From the NCBI GenBank assembly GCA_964016885.1, contig OZ024758.1:27714001-27778000 (forward strand): 64,000 bases of DNA, read 5' to 3'. Within the stretch, counting starts at the first letter, position 1, and every line of letters begins with the position of its first letter. The notes below the pieces were generated by a model. It was not told where the DNA came from. It saw only the letters and a list, made by a program, of their open reading frames with translations, and did no database searches. This document shows, one piece after another, positions 50,731 through 62,495 of this stretch. The position numbers were made by a program, and so were the translations under genes. Source of the stretch: Eledone cirrhosa (lineage: Eukaryota).

Positions 50731-52112
50731 ACTGCCTTACAGAGTTTACTGTCTGTGTTTTTCATGACACCAGTGCTATCACTTTGCAGTGTGAACAACT
50801 CGCTTTTTATCATACAGGATATACCGGATACATGTTACAGTACTTTACTTTACAGGATATACCGGATATATGTTATCATGACATTAATACTAAAGAAGTT
50901 GTCACATTCTAAGCCAGACTTAAAGAGTCCTCTCAAACTCTATATTGTTTCCAAGTGCTAAATATAGATCTCAAGTGAATATGGTGTAAAACCACATTTC
51001 GAAGAGAAGAGTCAATTCCAATAGTAAAAGCATGGAGAATATAAATCATATTGGTGAGTCATCGACTGAACACATTCAACATGAGAGAGCTTAAAGAATA
51101 TATAGGATGTATGCATGGTCCAGGGGACCTGGGACAAAGTTGACCTCGACAGAGAACCGAAAGGAATACTGCGAAGTATTCTATCCAATGTTCTAACAAC
51201 TCTACCAATTCACTGCCTTATATAAGATACTTGTGATCTAAGGAGGAAGTGACATACAGATTTGAGAAACATGCCCTCAACTTAAGTGTATTTGGGCCTT
51301 TAAACTAAAACATGGGTCAGATATGTCTTTTTTAGCACAGCTTCCCTCCATCTACTGTGTTCCTTCATTTGGCAGTATTGGTAGAGCATCAGACAACATG
51401 CTTTGCAGCATAGAATTATGGCCCTTTATGTTCTGAGCTAAAATCCCACCGAGGTTAACTTTGCCTTTCATCTTTACGGGGTTGATAAAATAAAGTACCA
51501 GTAATGCACTGGTGTAATTGCTGGCCTTGTGCCAAAAATAGAAACAATTATCTTATTGGTGAAGACAAGGATGCTGTTGCCATTCTCAACACACTTCTCT
51601 CTATCAATATCCTGTGTTTTTTGGGGAGTTTTTTTTTTTTTGGGGGGGGGGGGGCATTTCTGTCACACTGCTTTACAATCCTGCACCTCTCTTGTCTTTG
51701 GCCCTTATGTCATAGAACATGTACAAACCTCTTGTATTCCACTTCCTTTCTCGCAGACTACCCGACGCCTAGGTTCTACCAGTCTTTCCATGCCGATTTA
51801 TTAACTTTAATTGTCCTATCCACCGCCCTGTTACCCTTTGTCTTCTTGGAGAGAGGTCCTTGCTCCAACCACAGATCTTATATGTGTCCTTCAACAGTTT
51901 CTCTCTCAGAAATCCCCACTTTTCTATGCTTTGTGTTTGTCACCATCAATCTATCTCGACTTCTGGTGAGAATGTATTCTGACTTGTGCGTTCTCCTGAC
52001 TTATAAGTGATCAAGTGAAACAGGAGGTTATATTACACACACATAATATATATATGTACGTATGTATTATATATATATGTGCGTGTGTGTAATATATTAC
52101 ACAAACACACAC

Positions 52113-52166
<54 letters not shown>

Positions 52167-52505
52167 GGAGGCACATGGCTTAGTGGTTAGAGCATTGGCC
52201 TTGCAATCGAAAGGTTGTGAGTTCAATTCTCAGACCGAGGGATGTGTTGTTTCCTTGAGCAAGACACTTTATTTCACATTGCTCCAGTTTACTCAGCTGT
52301 AGAAATGAGATGATAGGGACTGGGGTCCATATCATTCCACTGCAAAGTGGTCGTGGAGGTGCCCCAGAAAAAAAGCACCCAGCACTCACTGTAAATGAGG
52401 TTGGTGTTATGAGGGGCATCCAGCTGTAGAAATCAAGCCAGAAGCAGTTCCCGTCCCACCCTTGCAAGCAGGGAAAAAGCGGACGTAAAATGAAATGATG
52501 ATGAT
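52167..52505 (+). mobile_element. SINE-B: tRNA-derived head, CORE-like domain, RTE-type (GAT)n tail
   Basis: A box TGGCTTAGTGG, B box GAGTTCAATTC, CORE-like CCTTGAGCAAGACACTT; tail GGTTGGTGTTA..GGGCATCCAGC...GGACGTAAAATGAAATGATGAT. Confidence 0.88.
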
Positions 52506-52835
52506 ATATATATATCTACTATATAAATTGGAAGTGGTCGGACGTTGTATATGTAGGTGTAGTCGGATAAACGTCGAAACGGCTTGGTGGAATGCAGCGA
52601 AAATTTACACAGTTATGCAGAATGACCCGAAGAGGCGTTGAGTCGACTTTCAAGCTACAAGCTTCCATGGTTACGGAGAAAATTGATGAAACAGGAATTT
52701 CCCATGAAACGGCTAGCCAAAGGGTAGACCGACTTTCAACGTCACGTCAGTATCGTGAACGCTCGATTACGAGATTTGATGTTGTGCGCGTTCTAAGCAG
52801 ACTTCTACTGCATAAACAACACATTCAAATTAATA

Positions 52836-53387
52836 AAGCTCCTCGATCTGCTTCCAGGGAATACAGTTTCATTTAAGTCTATTGACACCAACAAAAATGC
52901 TGAGGATGCCACAATGTTTACCATTGAATTCCTCAACAGTCAAACACCTCCTGGACTTCCGCCTCACGACCTGCAGCTAAAAGTTGGTGCGCCGGTTACG
53001 ATGCTAAGGAACTTGGACTCTCCAACAATGTGCAACGGAACACGAATGATCATCAAATCGTTAAAGTCCAAAATTCTGGTTGCGACAATCTTGAATGGAC
53101 CAGCTGCTGGCACAGACGTTCTAACTCCTCCAGTACAAGGCAGTCCATCTGACGTCGTCAACGAATTTACGCGGTTGCAATATCCCATCAAACTCAGCTT
53201 TGCCATGACCATCAACAAGGCACAGGGACAATCGATGCAAGTGGGTGGACTGAATCTGAGTGAACAGGTATTCTCAGATGGCCAACTGTACGTTGGATGT
53301 TCCCGAGTAGGAAGTCCGCAGGGACTCTTCATTCACTCAACAAAAAGAGAAGTTAAGAATGTTGTCTACCAAGAGGCTCTACAATGA
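52836..53387 (+). pseudogene. C-terminal fragment of the Helitron RepHel PIF1-family (SF1B) helicase
   Basis: KLLDLLPG..FKSID...EFLNS..PPG.PPH.L.LKVGAP..LRNL....CNGTR, motif V RLQYPIKLSFAMTINKAQGQS, motif VI GQLYVGCSRV, C-terminal NVVYQE. No Rep/HUH domain or Walker A motif. Confidence 0.9.
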
Positions 53388-53400
53388 TAACGCTCTTCAT

Positions 53401-54606
53401 TGCCAGCCTCTTTTCCATGCCATGCATGGTTCAACTTCATGTCGATCTTCGCTTCTATGCCAGCCTCTTTTCCATGCCATGCATGGTTCAACTTCATGTC
53501 GATCTTCGCTTCTGTGCCAGCCTCTTTTCCATGCCATGCATGGTTCAACTTCATGTCGATCTTCGCTTCTGTGCCAGCCTCTTTTCCATGCCATGCATGG
53601 TTCAACTTCATGTCGATCTTCGCTTCTGTGCCAGCCTCTTTTCCATGCCATGCATGGTTCAACTTCATGTCGATCTTCGCTTCTGTGCCAGCCTCTTTTC
53701 CATGCCATATATGGTTCGACTTCATGTCGATCTTCGCTTCTGTGCCAGCCTCTTTTCCATGCCATGCATGGTTCAACTTCATGTCGATCTTCGCTTCTGT
53801 GCCAGCCTCTTTTCCATGCCATGCATGGTTCAACTTCATGTCGATCTTCGCTTCTGTGCCAGCCTCTTTTCCGTGCCATATATGGTTCGACTTCATGTCG
53901 ATCTTCGCTTCTGTGCCAACCTATTTTCCGTGCCATATATGGTTTGACTTCATGTCGATCTTCGCTTCTGTGCCAGCCTCTTTTCCGTGCCATATATGGT
54001 TTGACTTCATGTCGATCTTCGCTTCTGTGCCAGCCTCTTTTCCGTGCCATATATGGTTTGACTTCATGTCGATCTTCGCTTCTGTGCCAGCCTCTTTTCC
54101 GTGCCATATATGGTTTGACTTCATGTCGATCTTCGCTTCTGTGCCAGCCTCTTTTCCGTGCCATATATGGTTCGACTTCATGTCGATCTTCGCTTCTGTG
54201 CCAACCTATTTTCCGTGCCATATATGGTTTGACTTCATGTCGATCTTTGCTTCTGTGCCAGCCTCTTTTCCGTGCCATATATGGTTTGACTTCATGTCGA
54301 TCTTCGCTTCTGTGCCAGCCTCTTTTCCGTGCCATATATGGTTTGACTTCATGTCGATCTTCGCTTCTGTGCCAGCCTCTTTTCCGTGCCATATATGGTT
54401 TGACTTCATGTCGATCTTCGCTTCTGTGCCAGCCTCTTTTCCGTGCCATATATGGTTTGACTTCATGTCGATCTTCGCTTCTGTGCCAGCCTCTTTTCCG
54501 TGCCATATATGGTTTGACTTCATGTCGATCTTCGCTTCTGTGCCAGCCTCTTTTCCGTGCCATATATGGTTCGACTTCATGTCGATCTTCGCTTCTGTGC
54601 CAGCCC
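53401..54606. repeat. 57-bp minisatellite, 21 full copies plus a partial, inside the Helitron
   Basis: Unit TGCCAGCCTCTTTTCC(A/G)TGCCAT(GC/AT)ATGGTT(CA/CG/TG)ACTTCATGTCGATCTTCGCTTCTG; unit starts at 53401, 53458, 53515 ... 54541. Confidence 0.97.
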
Positions 54607-54914
54607 CATTTTAATTGCAAGGCAAATAAATGCACATAAGTTTGGGATTATTAATTTGGTTGATTTTTATGTTTGTCTTTGTTTGTGTTTTGTCCTTTGG
54701 GATTTCAATTTTTTTTCTTTTTTCGGGGTTTTCATATTTCTGTTTTCAACCTTATTTGACAGTAAATTTATTAGGATTTCGGTTTGTTATTCTTAATATT
54801 TTTTGTTTTTCGTGTTCCCTTTTTTGTGATTTTTGTTGGTTTCTTGGTGGAGAAAAGAAGTTGAATTATTATCAGTGAACCAAATCTCCCGGGTAAAACC
54901 GGGTTAAACAGCTA

Positions 54915-54970
<56 letters not shown>

Positions 54971-55599
54971 TACACATACACGCACATTTCATCATTTGCG
55001 CTTTTATTTTTCAAATTTTTCAATATTTTCACGAAAATAGGATTTAACCCATATTTGCACTTTTGTTTACATAATATATTAAGGGCTAAGTTTAATTCGT
55101 ACTTTCACTATCTCGGAATGAGGACTTAATATTAAAACACTGGAGTTAGCTGGAGGAAAAAAAAAAGATTAAAGCCAATTTCTATTACTAATTAATAATT
55201 ATGTCCTAGAATTTAAAAAAAAAAAAAATAATAATAATAATAAATTTCTTGAAATATTTTCAAATGGTAATCATAAAAATCATATGTGAATGTAATTTAT
55301 ACACATATTATTTAGTAACTAAGTTTAAAGACATTAAATAAAAAGAACTGCCTGGTTTAGGCTTCGGACATGCACATATGCAAATGAATGAAATGTAAAT
55401 CAAACAGCTGGAGTCCATGTGACACAACTGCAAATATATTCGCTCTAATGGAAATCTATCATTCGTTTTATTTCATCCTCTATTAAAAAGAAAAAGAAAA
55501 AGAAAAAAAAAACACCATCCTATATTCAAGTAAACTCAGTCTATATGGCAAACCCCAGGCCAAAATGTTCGAAATCTTAGCAAGCAAAAGTCTTTTAAT

Positions 55600-56600
55600 G
55601 AAGTAATTATGCTGTTGAATTGTACAGAATAAGAAGACCTGGATGGTAATTAAAATGATAGACGCTCCCCCGTGTTATAGAATTGTAATATATAAACGGA
55701 GATATATCAACGAAAATAGGTTAATAGTAAAAAATATGACGAAATATATAATATGTTGTAAAGAAACTTCGTCTGTCCGTAGGAGGTAAAGAAAAATAAA
55801 GTTATCGTATCACTTGACATATATTAAATTGCTTGTGTGTAATAAATAATACAAGTATTCAGCTCGTTTCATCGAAACTACTATAGTCATCCGTTCGCCT
55901 ACATCGATTTGGACCGATCGACTATATGGATGTCAGCATCGATGTTTCCTCGTAACCTATCTGTCTATCTACACCATGCTGGTAGCGTAAATAGCAAGCA
56001 ACATGATTGAATGTTTTCACATCGTCCTCCCACAAGAAGCAACAATAGCGCTAGATAGCACAAATATTGATAGCGAAATATTGATCAACTAAATGTTTTC
56101 TTTCCTATTTGTGTCATTTTGAATCCATAGAAGATTCAAATAGATATAATAATTATAATAATCCTTACATTGAATTATACAAAAGAGAAAAACAACAGGT
56201 TAACAATTGTACTGCTCGAGCTAGCTGTAGTACGTTTAGATAGCAATCTAAATAATAAAAAAATATATTATTTTTAATGAATTTTGTTATCATTAGAGAA
56301 GATTACCTGAACTCTTAAATCATCAAGATAAACAAATAATTTGTTAACGTTTATATTTTTTATTTTAACAAATCTGTGTGTGTATGTGTGTAGAAAACAA
56401 TTCGTTCCAAATATTAAGCTTCAAATATAAAGTGGCTTAGTTAATCAGATGTTTCAGTCAACAATATACCCAGTATACATCAAACTTTCACTAAATATAT
56501 ATATATAGTTAATCTATATAGATTAATGATGTATGGGGAGCACTACAAAACTTGTTGGGTGCGATTTCCTTTCGCGTGTGCGCATGCGGATGAATATATA
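55600..56600 (-). promoter_or_regulatory. Possible CpG-retaining promoter/first-exon region of a minus-strand gene
   Basis: CpG looks denser than in non-repeat DNA of 1-52 kb (by eye); NRF1-like TGCGCATGCG at 56579-56588; minus-strand donor-like CAG|GTAAT near 56300-56310. Confidence 0.35.
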
Positions 56601-56739
56601 CTAGCAGAATACCCGGCGTTGCCTGGGTTGAAATGTAACTATAAATTTACTAGAGTTAATTGTTCTAAATGAAGTCATATTTAATTTAATAGAACTTCAC
56701 TGGATTTCTTTCGAAAAGTTAAGAGTTCCCGTAAGAAAC

Positions 56740-56740
<1 letters not shown>
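56601..56740 (-). mobile_element. Helitron 3' terminus remnant
   Basis: Minus strand reads ACCCAGGC-AAC-GCCGGGT hairpin, then ATTCTGCTAG followed by TATAT; left extent fixed by CTAG, right extent uncertain. Confidence 0.65.
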
Positions 56741-56770
<30 letters not shown>

Positions 56771-56780
56771 GGTGGTGGTG

Positions 56781-56813
<33 letters not shown>

Positions 56814-57160
56814 GTTCTGATTTCCTATCCCACCGAGGTTAGCTTTGCCTTTCATCCTTACAGGGTCGATAAAATAAAGTACCAGTAATGCACTGGGTCG
56901 ATTTAATCGCCTTTCCCCTCCCCCAAAATATTGCCGGCCTTGTGCCTAAATCAGAAACCATTATTATTATTCCATTTCCTCAAACGTTATATCATTCCAC
57001 TGTCTAATACACTACACGACAGGTACATGCTCGATATGAAGAGTAGACTCCATAATTTACTTGTCAATGCATACATACAGCTAATTCATGTGTATTAAAT
57101 AAGAACACATGTTTAAGTGAAAGTGAAAACAGTTTGAATTTGAAACTATTATTGAACGTA

Positions 57161-57452
57161 CTCCAGCCAGTATCTCAAAGAACTCTGTCATCCCATCAGG
57201 TGTAATGACTTGGGCTTTGGTGTTGGTGTAGAGCAGTGATATCAGGTCCACTATCTTCTTGGGGATTCCATAAGCCTGTAAGATCTTCATCAGGCAGTAA
57301 CGGTCCACAGAATCAAGGTTAACGTATGTTGATGCCCTAAGGACAGACACTGGTCTGTTGGAGACGCAGGACATGGCAGCGATAATGAGGGACAGAGACC
57401 GCTGGAGAGAACTCGTCCATGGATCTCGGGAATTTTACCCGCCTTAGATAGA
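57161..57452 (+). mobile_element. RTE-like LINE insertion with an inverted 5' part
   Basis: TSD TATTGAACGTA (57150-57160 and 57453-57463). Minus-strand RT piece DSVDR..LMKILQAYGIPKKIVDLI..LY.NT.AQV.TPDG.TE.FEILAGV joins a plus-strand 3' end YVDALRTDTGL...DRDRWRELV. Confidence 0.82.
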
Positions 57453-57553
57453 TATTGAACGTAACGTTTCAGCTTTTTCTTGAAATACTTGAAATCTCAA
57501 AAGAATTCTATGAATTAGCAAAATTGGAATGTCTCATATATAGAAACCATAAT

Positions 57554-57885
57554 GGAGGCACATGGCTTAGTGGTTAGAGCATTGGCCTTGCAATCGAAAG
57601 GTTGTGAGTTCAATTCTCAGACCGGGTGATGTGTTGTTTCCTTGAGCAAGACACTTTATTTCACATTGCTCCAGTTTACTCAGCTGTAGAAATGAGATGA
57701 TAGGACTAGGGTCCCTATCATTCCACTGCAAAGTGGTCGTGGAGGTGCCATGGCAAAAAAGCACCCAGTACTCACTGTAAATGAGGTTGGTGTTAGGAAG
57801 GGCATCCAGCTGTAGAAATCAAGCCAGCATCAGTTCCCGTCCCACCCTTGCAAGCAGGGAAAAGCGGACGTAAAATGAAATGATG
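57554..57885 (+). mobile_element. SINE-B full copy
   Basis: Near-identical to 52167-52505. Confidence 0.88.
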
Positions 57886-58360
57886 AATGCTCTGAGGTCC
57901 CTTTTATTCTTTTTCGCCCATTTATTCCTGAGGCCTGTAGGAGCTGAGCCCTCAGACAGGCCTTTCAGAGGATCCTATCAGAAGCAACTAGCTCCAAATG
58001 ATCTGGCTGGATCACCAAGCGAGCCCAATCAAGCTTGTGGATGTCATCTAACCACCTTGCTCTAGGCCTCCTCTAGGTCTGTAAAATCTGGGGTAATCTC
58101 CAAATATTAAAATTAGCCAGGAGCAATCAACTACAATGTGTCACATATGTTTTTATATTTATATATATCTCCCAGTCCACACTGTAAATCTGGTTGGTGT
58201 TAGGAACAGTATCCAGCCCTAGAAACAAAGCCAAATACAGATCCATATGAGCAAGATGTGGTTTCCTGGCCTGAATTTTCTCATAATGCAACAACTCATC
58301 TAACCCATGCAAGCATGGAAAATGGATGTTAAATGATGATGATGATGATATATATACATA

Positions 58361-59049
58361 CAGGGTGTGGACGATATTTGTTCGCAATTTTCAACCAGAA
58401 GATCAACTCCCAGAACAACAGGTGGCTCGCTGTCTCATCCAAAGATGTGCCCCGAGTCATGCAGACAAAGTTTCTAGCGACAACATTGGTCTTAGGTGTC
58501 GTCAGCAGTCAAGGTGACGTCATGCCACCTCACTTCTTCCCTGAACACCGATGGCTACATCCGCGTTCTGAGCGAGGTAGTAAAGTCCTGGATCGACGAG
58601 GTAGGCCGTACGTGTGGCTGCAAGACCCAGCGCCCTGCCATACCAACCGAAAGACCCAAGCCTGGCTGTCAGAGAACTTCGTCGACCACACTTCACCTGA
58701 CATCTGGCCTCCCGGCTTGCCTGACTGCAACCCCCTCGACTTCTTTGTGTGGGGCGCAGTGGAACGAGACACCAACAGATCTAGCTGCAATACGAAAGAC
58801 GATCTGAAGGCCAGGATCACAAGTGCCTTTAGGGGCCTAAGTCGGGGGACAGTGATGAAGGCCTGTAGCCGGTTCCAAGGCCGCCTTGAGGCCGTCATCA
58901 AAGCCAATGGCAGGTTTATCGAGTGAGATCAAAAGAACAAGTCATAAGACAAACTGACCCAAGTTTGATAAATATATCTTAAAAAATAAAACTACTGTGT
59001 TATTTTTTCATAGACAGTAATCTTGCGAACAAATATCGTCCGCACCCTG
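58361..59049 (+). mobile_element. Internally deleted Tc1/mariner element, DD37D (maT-like) type
   Basis: 27-bp TIRs CAGGGTG(T/C)GGACGATATTTGTTCGCAA at 58361-58387 and 59023-59049 (1 mismatch), TA on both sides. Transposase QDPAPCH...WPPGLPDCNPLD has 37 residues between the last two Asp. Confidence 0.93.
58388..58926 (+). pseudogene. C-terminal part of a DD37D transposase
   Basis: NSQNNRW, VLGVVSSQGDVMPPHFF, WLQDPAPCHT, NPLDFFVWG, ACSRF.GRLEAVI.ANG.FIE*. The N-terminal HTH region and first catalytic Asp are missing; the sequence abuts the left TIR. Confidence 0.88.
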
Positions 59050-59307
59050 TATATATATATATATATATATAAGCAGAAGGGATATTTAATTTGTTGGTAA
59101 TTCAACAAATATAAATGTTTATAACTGATTCAGAGCACTCAACAAGTTTTCTGGAGTATAAGATATAATGATAGTACGCTATCATCAGATAAAATACGAA
59201 GTGTGTTTTATAAATTTTGACATATCCAAGGAAAATATACCTTAACGGTTCAAGGAAAACCTCTGTTGTGGCAATGACAATATGTATGTATATATATATA
59301 TATATTC

Positions 59308-59520
59308 TATTCTAGGGTGGGTAAAATTCCCGAGATCTATGGACGAGTTCTCTCCAGAGGTCTCTGTCCCTCATTATCGCTGCCATGTCCTGCGTCTCCA
59401 ACAGACCAGTGTCTGTCCTTAGGGCATCAACATACATTAACCTTGGTCTTTCTCTTCCAGTGTGTCCATGTAGGAGCTCCCACAGGAGCACTGAGTGCAA
59501 TGTCAACTCTGGATGTCGGT
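59308..59520 (-). mobile_element. 3' end of the same RTE-like family as 57320-57452
   Basis: LLWE..HG..GRERPRLMYVDALRTDTGLL...DRDLWRELV..SREFYPP*. Confidence 0.82.
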
Positions 59521-60139
59521 GAGATAGAGCACTCGAGATTTTTGCTCTAATAGATTAGAGCAAAAATCACAAGTGCTCTATCTCAAAATTATTTTTGAAA
59601 AGCATTAGAAAAGCGCAACCAGTAAAAACTTAAAACTAAAACTGAATACTAACTAATACTTATTACTAATTTATACTTATTCCTAATTAAGCTATTTTTC
59701 ACTGCGAAAAATGTGTCAGCATTTTCTTTTCCTTTTTACTAATGTATCACAACTTGTGTCACACCTCTATTTTTTAAATATATATATATATATACATGCA
59801 AATATATATACACATATATGCAAAGTCAAGGGTAAAAAAAAAAACAGTGGTAAAGAATACACTACAATGCTTGATATAATAGGAAAAGAGTTAATGTTTT
59901 GGGTGTTAATCCATCATCAGAAGGTATTTGGGAGAACGAAGAAGAAGGAAGATAGATGAGAATAAGAAAAGAAAGAAAACAGGAAAAAGTCTTTTGGAGA
60001 GGAGGAAAATGTGTGATTTTAGAAGGTTTGTGTATTAGTGGAAAAAACTGAAGGAGGTAGGAATTCATGGGGGTGTATGTTTGTATGAGGGTATGATAGT
60101 CAGGGTGTGCATCCAACCATGACTATCTGTATATATACA

Positions 60140-60597
60140 TCTGTATATTGTCTCTGAGCTGACCACCACAGGGGGAGTCAAAGGCTAATAGCTATGTGTT
60201 TAAGTATACATGTATATTATCTATGAGCTGACTATGACAGGGAGAGTCAAAGGTGAATAAGTGTAGGTGTACATGTAATATTGTCTATCAGCTGACTATG
60301 ACAGGGAGAGTCAAAGGTGAATAAGTAAGTGTAGGTGTACATGTAATATTGTCTATCAGCTGACCACCACAGGGAGAGTCAAAGGTGAATAAGTGTAGGT
60401 GTACATGTAATATTGTCTATCAGCTGACTATGACAGGGAGAGTCAAAGGTGAATAAGTAAGTGTAGGTGTACATGTAATATTGTCTATCAGCTGACCACC
60501 ACAGGGAGAGTCAAAGGTGAATAAGTGTAGGTGTACATGTAATATTGTCTATCAGCTGACTGCCATAGGGAGGGTCAAAGGCTAATAGATATGTACA
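60140..60597. repeat. 64/68-bp minisatellite, about 6.5 copies
   Basis: CTGAC starts at 60159, 60228, 60292, 60360, 60424, 60492 and 60556. Confidence 0.92.
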
Positions 60598-61523
60598 CAC
60601 ACATTCACATGTAGGCTTGGTCATCCTTATATAAATACATATGCATACAAGCACACACACAAGTAGAAGGAAGCATTCCTATGCTATGTAGTAACCAGTA
60701 GTAGTTTATAGAAGAATATAAAGGGTGGGTGGATGTGAGTGTCTGATTAAGGATGAATACTAGGGTGTCTCAATACAGTAGATTTGGCTGACAGAAGTCA
60801 ATGGGCTTGTCCTTGCAGGTCAGTGTGAGATGAGTGTGTGTGTGTGTGTGTGCTACTTTGTTTCTATGTGTATCTGTATGATATGTAAGTTGGAGTGATG
60901 TAGATTTTGTTAGTAATGGTGAGTGTGTTGTGTATGTGTATGGGGGTGATTGGCAGTATCGGTAGAGGGTTGGACATCATGCCTTGCAGCATAGAGTTAC
61001 GGCCTTTTCCCGTCTGAGTTCAAATCCCGCCGAGGTTAACTTTACCTTTTATCCTCACGGGGTCGATAAAATAAAGTACCAGTAATACACTGGGGAAATT
61101 GCTGGCCTTGTGCCAAAAGTAGAAACAATTATTTTGTTGTAACACCGCTGAGGTTAGCTTTGCCCTTTCATCCTTAAGGGGGTCGATAAAATAAAGTACC
61201 AGTAATACACTGGTGTCGATTTAATCGACTTTCAATCCCCCCCAAATTGTTGGCCTTGTGCCTAAAGTAGAAACAATTATTTTGAAAATTGTGTGTGTGT
61301 GTGAGTGTTAGAGTGATGTAGAGTGTGTTAGTAATGGTGTGTGGTCCACTCCTTGCGTATGTTTGGTGTAATTGCCAATGTGTGTGTGTGTGTGTGCGAT
61401 ATATGCTGTGTGTACATGTGTGTGTGTATGACTAATTTGGTCTATGTGTGTTTGTTGATTGTTTTTAGCTTTTGTTTGTATGTATGTGCTAGTATGTGTG
61501 TTGGAGTGGTTTAGACTATTTGT

Positions 61524-61524
<1 letters not shown>

Positions 61525-61592
<68 letters not shown>

Positions 61593-61760
61593 TGTGTGTG
61601 TGTGAGAGTGTGTGTGTGAGTGTGTGAGTGTGTATGTGTGTATGTGTGTGTATGTGAGTGTGTGTGTGAGTGTGAGAATGTGAGTGAGTGTGTGTGAGTG
61701 CGTGTGTGTGTGAGTGTGAGTATGTGTGTGCGTGAGTGTGAGTGTGTGTGTGTGTATGTC
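61525..61760. repeat. (TG)n / (TGAG) microsatellite
   Basis: Direct inspection. Confidence 0.95.
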
Positions 61761-62193
61761 TGGGTGTATTATCAGTGTAGTACAGTCTATATGTGTGTAT
61801 GTAAGCGTGTTTCTGTTCAGTTATGTGTGTGTGCGATCTTAGTAATGTATGCATGTCTATGTATGTTATTTGTGTGTGTGTTTATGTAGGAGTGAAAGTC
61901 AGTAAGCTGGCAAAAGGCAGAGGTAATAAGGGAGCTATGGGTGTGGTCAGGGACAGGGGAGGTGAAGTTGAGGTTGTGAGAGGTGATGAGGGAGCTATGG
62001 GAGGGGTCAGAGACAGGGGAGGAGGTGAAGTTGAGGTTGTGATAGACTGAGCAGAAGAGAGAAAGGAGTTGAGCTGTTCCCAGGTGAGCCAGGTGGTGCT
62101 GATACAGTCATTGATGTAGTGATCCTATAGATCAGGAGATGAGACTGATGAATTAGGCACAGATATGGGCATTCAACATAGCCAACAAATAAG

Positions 62194-62495
62194 TTGGTGT
62201 ACCGCACCAACCAGCAGCTAGTCTCTTCTGCCATCTGCAAGCGACGCCTGGGCTGGTTTGGGCACGCTTTGAGACTTCCCCCGGAGAGACTGGCGAACCA
62301 AGTACTTAAATGGAACCCACAGGGAAGCAGACGGAGAGGGCGACCCAAAATGAACTGGCGCCAGACAGTTGAGAGGGACCTGCGAGCGACAAACAGACAA
62401 TGGCGGGACGCTGTGCAACTGGCTGCTGACCGAACGCGGTGGAACACTATGATTGCCTCATGCGTCGCAAGACGCGGGAGCTTCTGAGTCTGAGT
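62194..62495 (+). mobile_element. RTE-like LINE 3' fragment (further family)
   Basis: ICKRRLGWFGHALRLP..RLA..VL.WNPQGSRRRGRPK.NWR.TVERDL...W..A..LA.DR.RW. Confidence 0.85.

Larger units (their letters stand above)
52515..54915 (+). mobile_element. Non-autonomous Helitron with both termini intact
   Basis: 5' TC (TCTACTATATAA at 52515); 3' hairpin CCCGG-gtaaaa-CCGGG (54888-54903) followed by CTAG (54912-54915); sits between A and T within a (TA)n tract; internal PIF1-type helicase fragment. Confidence 0.92.

Noticed and set aside
52167-52240. Functional tRNA gene
   Set aside because: A and B boxes are present, but the acceptor and anticodon stems do not pair well, and the sequence continues into a multi-copy SINE body.
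52914-53387. Host PIF1 helicase gene
   Set aside because: Intronless C-terminal fragment bounded by Helitron termini.
53359-54639. 400+ aa repeat ORFs on both strands as host proteins
   Set aside because: They arise because the 57-bp unit is a multiple of 3 and lacks stops in several frames; they lie inside a Helitron and have no domain or splice support.
61516-61854. His/Thr-rich ORF
   Set aside because: Translation of a (CA)n microsatellite.
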